Assembly (NCBI RefSeq): GCF_009914755.1
Contig: NC_060927.1
DNA from: the human T2T-CHM13v2.0 reference genome, Homo sapiens
Direction: 5' to 3' (one strand)
Length of the DNA: 64,000 nucleotides
Below the pieces are notes generated by a model. The model had not been told where the DNA came from, searched no databases, and saw only the letters and a list, made by a program, of their open reading frames with translations. A program made the translations under genes and the position numbers. Below, one piece after another: positions 1-14,937 of this stretch (positions are counted from its first letter, which is position 1; every line of letters starts with the position of its first letter).

Positions 1-83
1 CTCGAACTCCTGACCTCAGATGGTCAGCCCTCCTCGGCTTCCCAAAGTGCTAGGATTACAGGTGTGAGCCACCGTGCCTGGCC
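1..83 (-). mobile_element. Alu, 5' end, truncated by the window edge
   Basis: CCCAAAGTGCTAGGATTACAGGTGTGAGCCACC...GGCC. Confidence 0.9.
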
Positions 84-184
84 AAGGATTGTAAGCATAA
101 AATGAGTAAATACAAAGGAAATGTTTCCCCCAAAGTCCCAGCACACAATAGCAGCCCTCAGTAAGTGAGAGGCAGCCTAGAGCA

Positions 185-372
185 AAAGTAAGAGTCCAGG
201 TTCCAGAGTTCTGTGGCCTTGAGCAGGTCGCATCATCTCTCCTATAAAATGAGGACAATAATAGTACCTACCTCCTAGGGCTGTTGGGAGGACTCAATGA
301 GTTAATATTTGAAACCACTTAGAGTATTCAACACATGGTTGGTGCCATGTAAGCCTTCATTAAATAAATTAC
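185..372 (+). mobile_element. MIR fragment
   Basis: Core-like CTATAAAATGAGGACAATAATAGTACCTACCTCCTAGGGCTGTTG...TGAGTTAAT. Confidence 0.75.
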
Positions 373-408
373 CCTGTCAATGCATATATATTCCACCAAG
401 CTCTGTTC

Positions 409-709
409 TTTTTTTTTTTTTTTTTTGAGACAGAGTCTTGTTCTGTGGCCCAGGCTGGAGTGCAGTGGCACGATCTCGGCTCACTGCAAGCTCCACCCTC
501 TCGGGTTCACGCCATTCTCCTGCCTCAGCCTCCTGAGTAGCTGGGACTACAGGTGCGTGCCACCACACCCGGCTAATTTTTTTGTATTTTTAGTAGAGAT
601 GGGGTTTCACCGTGTTAGCCAGGATGGTCTCCATCTCCTGACCTCGTGATCCGCCCGCCTCGGCCTCCCAAAGTGCCGGGATTACAGGCATGAGCCACCA
701 CACCCGGCC
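409..709 (-). mobile_element. AluY-like element with target-site duplication
   Basis: Full dimer with diagnostic CACTGCAAGCTCC and TTAGCCAGGATGG; flanks CAAGCTCTGTTC / CAAGCTCTATTC. Confidence 0.92.
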
Positions 710-811
710 CAAGCTCTATTCTTTAGCTCTCTTACCCTGTCCTTCTCCTCACCTCACTGCACTGTTTCACTGATCATCATTGTTAACAGCCTGGTTCTAC
801 TGCCCCCGCAG

Positions 812-3800
812 ATCTTATCTAGTAAGCTGCCTCAGAGGGGCCAGTCCAACAGAGGTTTCCATGGATTTCTGCCTGAAGACATCAAAAAGGAGGCAGCCCG
901 GGCTTCTAGGAAGGTTAGAATCTCTTGAAATGAGGACCTTGGGGTAGGCCTCTTTTCATACCTCACCCATCATTCCTGTTTCTGTTCTCTTCCCTACTTC
1001 CTAGTTTAGATGTCAAAGGACTCATGGATTTTCCAACTAGTCCTTAAGTCCCATATTCCTCTGGGGTATGGGTGTCCTAAGTGAGAAGAGGGAGAAACAT
1101 CTTGAGAAAATAGGAAAGAACTCAGTGCTGCTTGAAGCTCAGCTTCCGGGTGCCCCAGAGCATTCAGGACCACTGAAGATAGGGAATGGCTATTATTTCA
1201 CAAAACTTCCATTTAATAGAAAGATGTGCTACACTGTGTGTGTTTGCATTTCTTGGGGTCCTGAGCACTGTCTGGGAACTCATTTGCAGATCTGCTTTGT
1301 GTGCAAGAAAAAGGGAGCTGCTATCAACTGCCAGAAGGATCAGTGCCTCAGAAACTTCCATCTGCCTTGTGGCCAAGAAAGGGGTTGCCTTTCACAATTT
1401 TTTGGAGAGTACAAGTGAGTGAGGGAAGGGAAAAGTCTGGCTTCCTTTTTGCAACTTATTATTCAGCCACTAATGAAATCAGAGTCCAGTTCTCACAAGC
1501 AGGCCTGTTTTGATTCACCAGTGAATCTGTCCCTCCATTCAGTAATAAGAAACAGTGTCTTGACTTGGAGATTTCACAGGGGGTTCTTCTTGCTTCCTGA
1601 CCCCTCCTTAAATTACAAACAGCTGGGGTTCTTAGACAGCTGCTCAGCACTAAGTGGGGCTTTCAGGAACGAGAGGCTATGGAGACAGTCCTGGGAACTT
1701 TGCTCAGTAGGTGAGCAGCCGTGAGAAGGCATGTGGCAGTTCTTCACTCTGCCTCTCCTCTTCCCCATGTGTGGAGGTTCACTGGGCACCAGCCTGGGTG
1801 GCTGGCTGCCCCTCCTAGAGCGGGCCATTGGGAAACTACATCAATGACAAACCAGAAACCAAGTCTGTTTACCTGCCACAGATCATTTTGTGACAAACAT
1901 CGCCCAACACAGAACATCCAACATGGGCATGTGGGGGAGGAAAGCTGCATCTTATGTTGTGAAGACTTATCCCAACAGAGTGTTGAGAACATCCAGAGCC
2001 CGTGTTGTAGTCAAGCCATCTACCACCGCAAGTGCATACAGGTGGGGCTTTTTCCGCCCTGGGTCCCTTCCACCATTGCCCTAGTTCTCTGCCTGGAACC
2101 AGAGAACCCTGGGAATGCTCAGGTGTGCCTCAGCTTTGGTGCTCCATGCTGGAGGCCTGTATTGAGGGCTGGTTTCAGGCAGTTAGAGGAAAGTCAGTCC
2201 AGTCTGTGGTCATTCCTGGCCTATAGGACCTCACACATGATAAGATTTAGAATAAGCAAAATCTTCAGCATTGCTAGAGCAAATGGGCTCATCCCAGAAT
2301 GAGCTGAGAAGCCTCTATGTCAGCCTCACTTCCTGGGATGAAAGAAAAGGGAAACATGTATCCAGGTGGCTGACCCCTACTCAGTACTGCCGAGCCCCAT
2401 GGTCAGAGATGACAGCTGAGGCACTCCTGGGAATTCTCTTGAAAGTATTTTGGTCCCAGGTCTGACACCTGGATTTGCAGCCCTCACCCTAGCCCACCCA
2501 AACTCCTTTTCCTGTACCCTCAAACTCTCTTAGCAACATCCTCTTTGTAGGGGTGAGGGTGGGAGGAGAAAGAAGGTAGTCAAAGGGTTTTTACAAACAC
2601 AGAGCTCTTCCCTGTTTCTCTTACAGAAATATGCCCACACATCAGCAAAGCATTTCTTCAAATGTCCACAGTGTAACAATCGAAAAGAGTTTCCTCAAGA
2701 AATGCTGAGAATGGGAATTCATATTCCAGACAGGTAGTGGGAACCCCAAAGCAGGAACTGAGCCAGGGAGTGGGTTGCCTAGATTTCTAGAGAGGAGGTG
2801 AGTGAGAGGATAGTTCAGAGAATGAGAGCAGCAGAGGCACTGATAAGAAGGAAGGGGAGGAGGGAGTGCTTTTCAATTATCAAAACAGAAGGGAGGGGGA
2901 AGAAGTTTGCGGGGGAATGGGGTGCTTGTTGCTGAAAAGGGCATTTGGGGAATCAGAATTCCCTGGGGGGTTGAGTTATTGGATTCCAGAGTGGAACTAA
3001 GGAACCTGCATGCATGTTCCATTCATCCTGCTTCAACCCTCTCCCACTGCCAGGCCACTTGGCCAGCCTTGTTGGAAGTGTTCAGGCAGCCTACTGAACT
3101 CTTGCTGTGCTTAGCTTGGGCTCTTCCTAACTCCTCCCTGATGGACAAAAGTTTCACCAACCCATTATGTTCTTATTCACTGTTTCTTCTCCCACTGCAG
3201 AGATGCTGCCTGGGAACTCGAGCCAGGGGCTTTCTCAGACTTATATCAGCGCTATCAGCACTGTGATGCCCCCATCTGTCTGTATGAACAAGGCAGAGAC
3301 AGCTTTGAGGATGAAGGGTAGGGGAAGGCTTCTGGCTAGAAAGAGCTCTCATCAGTGCTATCTTAGAGTTAGACCTTGGCACAGTTATTAGAAGTAAGAA
3401 ATTCACTCTTGTATGCAGACCTTAGGATAAACACGATTGCTAAGTCTCATTCTTGACCAGCCCGACTCACTTGTGTGCACGTGAACACGTCTCCCCTGCA
3501 AGGTCCGCTTCACCTTGTGCCCAGTGGAGAGACATTCAGAGCCAATTCCTTTCCTAATCTACCTTTCAAGGGGTTACGACTGATGGCAGGCTTCTGGGAT
3601 CAGCACTCATCCTCTCTGAGCCATACATTCATCTTGGGTAAAATGTGCTGTAAAAAATGCCTGGCCCATAGCAAACATCCAAGCATGGCAGTTGGTGTTC
3701 TGTATGTCTCCACAACCCTTCCTGGGCTCTTCCTCTAGGAGGTGGTGCCTCATTCTGTGTGCTACATGCGGATCCCACGGAACCCACAGGGACTGCTCCT

Positions 3801-4296
3801 CTCTTAGATCTAACAGTAAGAAATGGGAGTGTGAGGAGTGTTCACCTGCTGCAGCCACAGGTGAGGCTGGAGGGATGGGCCGGCCTCAGAGCAAGGAGGG
3901 GGCTGTAGGGACTTGTGGTGCCTGGGAAAGGAGGAAGACATCCCACCAGAGGGGGATTAATAGTTGGTGCCTTTGACTTTGGAAGGAAAGTAGCTAGAGA
4001 GGAGCTTAAGGACCTGTGCCTGGGAGAAGCAGAGGCTTGAGTTTTCCTCTCCTGCCTTTCTCTCACCAGACTACATACCTGAAAACTCAGGGGACATCCC
4101 TTGCTGCAGCAGCACCTTCCACCCTGAGGAACATTTCTGCAGAGACAACACCTTGGAAGAGAATCCGGGCCTTTCTTGGACTGATTGGCCAGAACCTTCC
4201 TTATTAGAAAAGCCAGAGTCCTCTCGTGGCAGGAGGAGCTACTCCTGGAGGTCCAAGGGTGTCAGAATCACTAACAGCTGCAAAAAATCCAAGTAA
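812..4296 (+). CDS. PHF7: PHD finger protein 7 (ePHD-RING-PHD), 3' part; the first 62 codons lie upstream of the window
   Basis: Exons 812-913, 1290-1414, 1882-2041, 2627-2733, 3201-3317, 3739-3860, 4070-4296 (TAA), all AG/GT bounded, 960 nt in one frame: [19 protein letters not shown]...[14 protein letters not shown]...SCILCCEDL...[18 protein letters not shown]...NSCKKSK*. Cys/His spacing fits PHD and RING fingers. Confidence 0.97.
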
Positions 4297-4601
4297 CACC
4301 TTCTGAGTAGCTGCTGTCCCACACAATAGGGTATGAAGCTGCGCTCCTCCATCGGGTTTGGGGAGGGAGCACTCTGGGACTGTGAGACAAGGAAGCAGGG
4401 CCAGCAGTGAGACTATGAGCCAAGCAAAGAGAAGTCTCAGTGGAGCATGAGGAGGGAGCAGTCCAGATGCCAACAAGGAAATGCGTTTATGGCTACAAGA
4501 GTGCCTCTGCTTTCTCCTCCTCTCCTCCCACCAAGGATTCTTCCACCTTAATCTTGTTTTCATATGCCTCTTCTTACTTCACCCATGTTTGTTGTTATGC
4601 A

Positions 4602-4607
4602 AATAAA
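4602..4607 (+). terminator. PHF7: PHF7 polyadenylation signal AATAAA
   Basis: AATAAA about 305 nt after the stop codon, followed by T/GT-rich sequence. Confidence 0.85.
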
Positions 4608-5137
4608 GGTTTTCTCTCCATTGGTGTCTCCTTATAAATTCATTCTGAAATTTGTCTGGGTAGTAAAGATTCTACGGGGTAGAGTACGAGAGTAAGAAAA
4701 CTCACCCTCCTAATCCATAAAATTTAGGGAATTAATGTAGAACTTTTAGCTTAGAATATAGACATGTTTCTTTGGAGGGAAAGAAACCTGTTTATACGGA
4801 AATTGGCATTACAGAGGTAGAGAATCTTCATCAATCATTGTGCAAATAATAAGTACACAGGTTCTCATTAGGGAGGTGAGCCAGCATAGCAGTCCACACT
4901 GGGTGGAGAATAGGCCCTTGTTGCAAGGCTTGGGGTCCTGGACTCAAACAGGTCAAGGACTACCATGCTTATACATGGGGCATAAGGGACTCCATTCTCT
5001 CCTGACTGGTGTGGGCTTCAGCACACCTCCACAGCATGAGTGAGCCCAGTCAAACCCTCACTGCCCGGTGGTTCGAGCATTTCCGTCCAGAGTTTAAATA
5101 TGAATTTGCATGCCAGGACATTCAAATTAGGCAAGGT

Positions 5138-5437
<300 letters not shown>

Positions 5438-6325
5438 CATAATCTTCCCGTTTTCGTTCACCTCAGATAATTGTATCACAATTTTTGTTAACTTTCAATG
5501 TTTATATTATTATGATGCTAGAAATACTGTTTACCACTGAGCCAGGCAGTACACTATGATTACCTTTCCTCTTTTGTACAATGTTTTTTTCTGAAATTAA
5601 TAATTGCTTCTTTTTTGGTATATACCTATTGCTAATTCTTCTGAAATGTTGCAAATGATCAACAAAATGTCTCAAAATGCAATTTTCCTCATAGACCAGG
5701 CATCAGATCACTATCAGCTGGACTTCTTTTCCTGAAGACCTGCCTCCCAGAGCCGCCGCCTCCAGTGCTGGCTGCTCCTAGAGCTCCTGCACAGCTGTCC
5801 TCCTAGGGCTTCCCACAATTATGCCCTTTTTCTTCATTTCCTTTCTCTTGGGTTTGACCACCCAATGCTATCCTTGCTTATCCGGGCGTCCAGGGAAATT
5901 TTGTCAGAGCTCTGCAAGTAACAGGAACATTTTTTAATTGTGAGCTTTCATATAAAACACAATATTTAACCCATTCTAAAGATTCAACTCTTGCAGTGAT
6001 AATTCACAACTGAAAGATGCTCCTTAGATTAAGACTTTAGTTCTAAACCTAGAGTTTCTGTAACTTGGGTCACCAGGCATATTTTTAGGGATCTGTGGTA
6101 GTATTAATATCTTTTCTTAAGGAGTCTATTTGTATACTCAAGTGTGAGAAACACTATCTTAACTGAGAGTAATGGCCCCTAACAGTGCCCTCTCGACTTT
6201 AGCTTCAGTGGGTAGAAAGGGAGCTTGGGAGGGGGCAGTTTTTGTCACCTAGATGTCAGCTGCCCTACCTCTGTGTACAGTTGACTTTGTGGATACTTGC
6301 TTAGCTAACACGACAGTGCATGCAT

Positions 6326-6351
6326 ACACACACACACACACACACACACAC
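6326..6351. repeat. (CA)n microsatellite
   Basis: About 13 AC units. Confidence 0.9.
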
Positions 6352-6497
6352 AGCTATTAACTATTTCTTACTCTTTGTATTTTTAGTCTCCACTGATGTT
6401 AATAGCCAACCCTATTTTTATAGGCTGGAAAGTCCAACTTTGAAATGTTCTATTCTTCATCTGGGCCTAATCAGTCATTCTCCACTAAATAACTGGC

Positions 6498-7231
<734 letters not shown>

Positions 7232-7234
7232 GCT

Positions 7235-8770
<1,536 letters not shown>

Positions 8771-11653
8771 TTTTAAATGCCTGTTTCATGACAAACACAT
8801 GTTTAAAATTTTTAATACCTATTTTCATAACTGATGTGTCTTATTAGAATTAATTACTGTTTCATAACTTAGGAGCTGGGACAAATCAGTTCACTTAGGG
8901 ATAGTAGAAATAGATGTTAAATAAAACTTTCCCAAAGCACCTGCTCCCCTTCCTCTAATCATTACCTTTACGGGAACCGTAAACTAAGGCCAGAAACCTC
9001 AGATTTTCCTTCAGCTTCCCTCTCTGTTCAGCCAACCTCTTTGTTGTCAGTTCGACTGTTTTTCAAATGTTTGCCTTCCTCTCCTTCCCATTGTCAGTGC
9101 TCAGCTCAGACCTTGATGCCTCATAGGATGGGCAGCAAAAGTCTGCATGGTTTCCTGTGTCCACTTGCTTCTCTGACACATCCACCCTTTTCCCTTCTGC
9201 CAGTTACCATAAAACATGTGCTAACTCTTTGCTCAGGATGGCCCTGCTGAGATTGGCATTCAAGACCTTCTACAAACAGGGCCTTCCATAGCTGCATCTC
9301 CCAGGACATCCCACCCACAGGCCTTCTTCTCTGGCTGCCTCAGAACACTGGGCCCGGGCCTGGGGTGCTCAGCCTGGAGAGTCCTGGCATCCATCTTCAG
9401 CCTGTTAAACACAGCCTAAGGGCTACTTCTTCATCTCTAGGCACTCTTACTGTCTCTGTTTGTACCCCCTGTTATAGCCCATGTCATTCTCTGTCTGTCC
9501 TACAGTTATGGGTCTGTCTTTCCTGCTAGATCAGAAGCTCCAGGGACCTGTCTGTCTTATTAACCTTTCTTCCCCTCATGATGCCTGGCCCAGGACTCCA
9601 CGTTCAGAGGCAGTTTAATGTCTACAGAACTGATGGATGCTCCATACCCTGTATTCATAAGCCTGTGTTTTGCTGCCAAACACCAGAGGGCACTGTTAGC
9701 ATGTCGATGAAGATTATAAACCCTCAGACCTGGAAGGCTGGGAAAGGCTTATGAAAATCTTGCTTCTGTTTTGGGATTACATAAGACTTATTGCGCCTCA
9801 ATTGTTCTAAACACATCTGTTCGAGTTTATTCATGAGGCACGTTCCTGTTGGGGTTAGAGATGAGTTTGAAAGCTCCCCGTCACAGGTCAAATCCTTAGA
9901 CAAGACTGCCTTCATAGTCTCTCCAGACCCAAAGTGGCTCTCCTAACCCACCAAAAATATCTCCCAATTACTCATTGAGAGGCATCCAGATGCCCTCTCC
10001 TCCACCAAAAATGGCGACTGCCAGTCCCAAGGGGGAATGTGTGATATGGTTCTATTCCTTTTCTGCCCCACCCTCCTCCCACATGCACACATGCACAGGT
10101 ACCTGTCCACACGAATGCACACTCACTGCCATCAGGACCTCTGGGTGGTGGCTCAAACGGTGGCTCAAAGGCTCTAGCCTCTATGGGCAGGGTGGGAGGA
10201 TGCTATGAGAAGCAGCACCTCCACTGGCCCTGACCCCAGGGAGACAGCATCAGTTTCCCATGTGCTCCCAGTCACAGCATCATGGGGGCCCCCAGGTGTG
10301 AGAAGTCTCCCTAGTGACTAAGCCAGGGAGCTCCATTCCAAAGGAGCTGGCTATTTGCAAAGGTGTCATGGCTTGTACATTTTTCCAAAAAATGACAGAA
10401 AAACTGAAGAACTGATTTTTTTCCCAAAACAAAAAACCCTTGCCCTCACTTCTCCCTAGCAAACCTGCTCTAACCCTGGGATCCCTGAGCAACATGACAG
10501 CATGAGGTCCAGATGGAAGGGGTAAGCCCCAGGAGCCCCTTCCCCTTGTCTTTGGTGTAAACTGGCTTCTTGACCCTGCCCTGCACACACCCCTAATAAA
10601 CAGGAAGGCATCCGCGCCATTAGTATCCATCCTTTTCAGAGCATCTGAGACCTGTCTGGACCATCAAAGCCATCCCCAGCCCCCAGGAGCCTACTGGAGG
10701 AGACACCAGCCTCGCCAAAACAATTCTCCATTGTGTTCTTCCCCTTAGAAATCATGGGTTTGTAAACAGGCCCTTACATTTCAGCAGGTCCTGCCCTGGC
10801 TTTGTGCTGGTGTGTTGTTTTTTCTTCCCTGAACAATGTCCTTTCCAGTAGGGCCAGCCGTTCACACCATTGTCTGAGACCCTTGGACTACAGGAAACAT
10901 CACCAGATTCTTATCAGTTGGGGGCAGGAGTGGGGGGGTGAACAGATGAGATCATGTCCACAGAGCAAGTGGCTGGTGTGCCACGTCATTCCCCATGCCT
11001 TCATCTGTGAGAGCAGAGCCCGCTCGCCCTCCATCAATCTGGGCTTCATGTGTCCAGAGTCCAGTCCCCTCTATTTGGTGGTAGACACCTGGACTCTGTT
11101 CCAGGCCTCTGTTGAGTCACTTTGGAATCCTATCAGTCTGCAACTGTCCCTTTGCCCTGGTCATTCCTCACAGCAGTGAAACAGGCCCTTTTGGGTGGAT
11201 TAGGGGGTACTCTGGTCATCATACTCTCCGGGGTAAAGAGGTCAAGACTGGTCAGCTGAGTCCTCCCATCAGCAGTGTCCCTGCGTGCAGGCTATTAGCT
11301 AGCTGCTGGAGGCCTGGCCCAAAGACAGCCCCATATCCCTTACACCGCCTCCCTGGAGACTTTGCAGCAGCCCTCATCCTCAGTGGAGAGTAATTTTTTT
11401 AAAGGCTTCATGAGGAACCAGGAGTTTCCTTAATGGAAGTCCAGCAAGGAAAGTGAAAGGCTTCATTAGGATGCAGTCTCTAAGGGAGAGGGGCCCAGTA
11501 GTGGTACCCCCAGCAAAGGTGGCCAGGGACTGGGCAGTGGGAACGGGCACAGGGCCACAGCTGCCTTGCCTCGTCTCCTGTACATCCGAGGGATGGCTGA
11601 GTACGGAAGGAGAGCCAGGGTGCGGCCCAACAATTCCCAGGCACCTTATCAGA

Positions 11654-11952
11654 TTTTTATCTATTTATTTATTTATTGAGACAGAGTCTTGCTCTGTTGC
11701 CCAGGTTGGAGTACAGTGGCGTGATCTCAGCTCGCTGTAACCTCTACCTCCCGGGTTCAAATGATTCTCGTGCCTCAGTCTCCTGAGTAGCTGGGATTAC
11801 AGGTGTGTGCCACCAGCTAATTTTTGTATTTTTAGTAGAGAAGGGGTTTCACCATGTTGGCCAGGCTGGTCTCGAACTCCTGACCTCAGGTGATCCACCT
11901 GCCTCGGCCTCTGAAAGTGATGGCATTGCAGGTGTGAGCCATCGTGCCTGGC
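11654..11952 (-). mobile_element. AluS with TSD ACCTTATCAGAT
   Basis: Full dimer; the flanking 12-mer is repeated on both sides. Confidence 0.92.
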
Positions 11953-14042
11953 AACCTTATCAGATATTGTGTCCAAACCTAGCCCTACCCACTGTCCCTC
12001 TTTCCGAGTTTAGAGTCTTAGAAGACCCTGGGAATTTGTTCCTGGTGTGTGTTGAACTTTATTCTTGTAGAACCCACTGCAATCCAAGACTTAGGTGAGG
12101 CTGGGATGGGACCTTAACTGGGATGGAAATTGGGCTATTTCTGAGCAACTACCCCCTAGCTCTAAGATGTGGTTGGCCAGAGGTGCCTCTGTTTGCTGGA
12201 TTTCCAGAGGCATGTGAGCCAGTCTTCTGGGGCCCAACTGGCTGGAGCTGCAGCTGGACCCCCTGCCAGCCCACAAAGAGGACAGGCTGGCTGGAGGTAC
12301 ACCAGGTTCTTGGGGGCTGCTACCTGACCATTCCTCCAAGCAGGGGATTCTAGGGCTGTCTAGGACCTGACCCCAAGCTTAGCCAATGAAAGAAAAGCCC
12401 AGGAGTCATTTGAGAAAGTGGAAACTGCTGTTTTCCTCTCTTATTCTGACTCCTTCCTGCCCCTCACCTTCTTAGAAACGAGTCTGTTGGATGGAAGGAC
12501 AGCCACAGACTAGGGGTGAATGCTAGCCCTCCACAGAGGACCATGACAGACACAGGAGGGGCCAGAAATAGGCTGGTTATGGGAGCACGAGAGCCGGGAA
12601 CAGAGCACAGTCCAGGCCCAAAGGGCAGCAGATTGGCCGCTTGGCAGCCCTGTCCCGGGGTAGCAGAGTCTACTCTGGCGAGGGTCATAGGAAACCAAGA
12701 TATGGCTATTCATCAGGAGGCTGGGGCTTCCAGAGCCTACAAGCTGGGAAGGCAATTACTAATTAATCAAGCTCACATGTTAAGGGAGGGAATTAACCTA
12801 ATCAACATTTTTCCAAAGTGTGTTCTTCAAAATGTTAGAAACATGAGATGTTAGCTGCTCCATGGGAAAAAAAAAAAGAGAGAACCAAATGTTTTGGAAA
12901 AGCACATAGCACATAGTAGGCATGCACATTAGCAAGAGATCATCACAGGACTTCTCAGGGCCTTCACAGGGCAAGCCAGCAGGCAGCATTTCAGCTCTGT
13001 CAGGGCCAAAGGGGCAGAACACGGGGACCACGAGATCATGGAGGGTCCCGTGGGATTATAGTTATCTCTTGGAACCACTGGGCCAGTCTCATTCTCTAGG
13101 CCCCTTTCCAGCTCTAAACCTGTTTGGGAAGTCATGGAACAGAGTCCCAAAGAGCAGAGGAAGCATTAGACGCAGAGGAAAGAGCTGTGACAAGACAACA
13201 GAGAGAGGCTGAAATCGCTGAGGCAGGAAATAGGGCTTGAGATGGGAGGGGGAGGTGGTGTGGACCAGGAAGGGGTCTGGTCCAGAGGGGTCTTCCGGAC
13301 CACCCTTGGGAGAGTGATGCAAGAGGGAAGAAGGGGGCTCTGGAGGCCGCCTTCGCACACCCTTCCCAGCCCAGCACACTGTGCCAGGTGGGTGCCCTGG
13401 TGACACTTCTCAGTCAGAGGTGATGATGCTTCCTGGGGTGGGGTGACAGGGTTTCAGGTTCTGTCAGGCCTAAGTGATCGTGGAGGGGGCAAGGAACAAA
13501 AGGAAAGGCCAGCTCCAGGGCCCAGACTGCAAGATGAGACTTATGACTGACCTGTTAAGACCCCTAGTCTACAGCATGGATCGAGGGGCCTGTTCAGGCA
13601 AGAGGCCCAGGGAAGTCTCCCTGGGAAGGTGGGGTTATGACCCTTCCATCTTCCTCTAGCATCAGTGGATTCTGCTCTTTGGGCTGAGGTGTTGATGTCA
13701 GTGGGGAGTGGGAGCCATGCCCAGACGGACCTCCTGCAGTGTGCCCAATAGGTCAGATGTTCGGGGCCTCCCCTCCTTTCCAGAAGCCACAGTCCCCACA
13801 GCACAGCCCCAGTCCCCCAGCCATGAGGACTTAATATCCATTGGTATGTGGCTTGGGATGAAGGCAGGAACCATGCCAAGTGTCACTGTGACAAATGTCA
13901 AGTGTTGTTGTGAAAAAGGAGCAGAGCTGCCTACGGGCCCAGCTGCCCTTTGCCAGTGTTTTTTTTTTTTCTTTTAGTTCAAGATCCTCCTGAAGTCCCA
14001 AGAAGGTCAGTCTTACAAGCCCACAGGCCAGGATGTTCCTCA

Positions 14043-14048
14043 TTTAAT
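14043..14048 (-). terminator. SEMA3G: Probable distal SEMA3G polyA signal ATTAAA (3' UTR about 2.5 kb)
   Basis: TTTAAT on + at the end of an AU-rich UTR segment; consistent with my recollection of an approximately 12-kb gene. Confidence 0.6.
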
Positions 14049-14931
14049 GAGCAATCTCGGCTTTGTACAAAGCCCTCTAACTCCTTCCTTCCCCTGATAC
14101 CCATCTTCCTCCTTTCTAGAAAGCACCACCCAGTCTCTTTCTTTAAGTCCTTTTCCAGCTCTAAAACCTGTTTGGGAAATCATGAAACAGAAGTCACTCA
14201 GGGTGACCTTCTTTCTCATAGAATGGATGGGAGGGCTCTTCATTTTCAGCTCATGTGCGCAGCATCAGTCCATTTAGTACAATACACAGATACACAGTAA
14301 TGATATAATTATGTGATGCAAATATTAACTTCATCCCTTTCCTTGTAAATTCAGCTTTTCTCACCAGAGCTCAGGGGCAGTCATGACAATAAAAATAACA
14401 ATAGTAATTACAAGAAATGTGCTCTGAGTACAGAGAAACCACAAGGCCCATCTCAACACACAAATACAAAAACAACTCGCATTTACGGGGCGTTTCCAGG
14501 AGTTAATAGCATACAGTACCATGGGTAGGGTGTGGTTGGCAGAAGCTGTCCACTTTTTCTAAGTGCAGGTGTTCGTTGCTGAGGATCTTGTGCTCCTCCT
14601 CCCTTCGTTTTCTAGAGTAACTTCCCAGAGGACCCTGCCTGGAGCCTGCCAAGCCAGAGTCCAGCGTAAAGGCCCGGAGGGCTGTTTGTGTCTTTCTGGC
14701 CTCCCTAGGGTAGAGGGCAGAGCTGGCTGCAGCTCTGATACCCTTTCCTGGAGCTCTGCACTCTCTCCTCCCCTCTTTAATCCCCTCTGTCTCCCCTCCC
14801 TTCTGCTCTTCAGCCCCCATCCTTTCCTCCTCTCCTCCTCTGCCTTGACCAGCTGACCTCCCAGCAGACAGCACCGCAGGCTGGAAGGCTTCTCAGGGCG
14901 TTGATAGGTTAATCTCAGTGCTTCTGGTTCA

Positions 14932-14937
14932 TTTATT
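14932..14937 (-). terminator. SEMA3G: Possible proximal SEMA3G polyA signal AATAAA
   Basis: TTTATT on + inside the 3' UTR. Confidence 0.4.
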
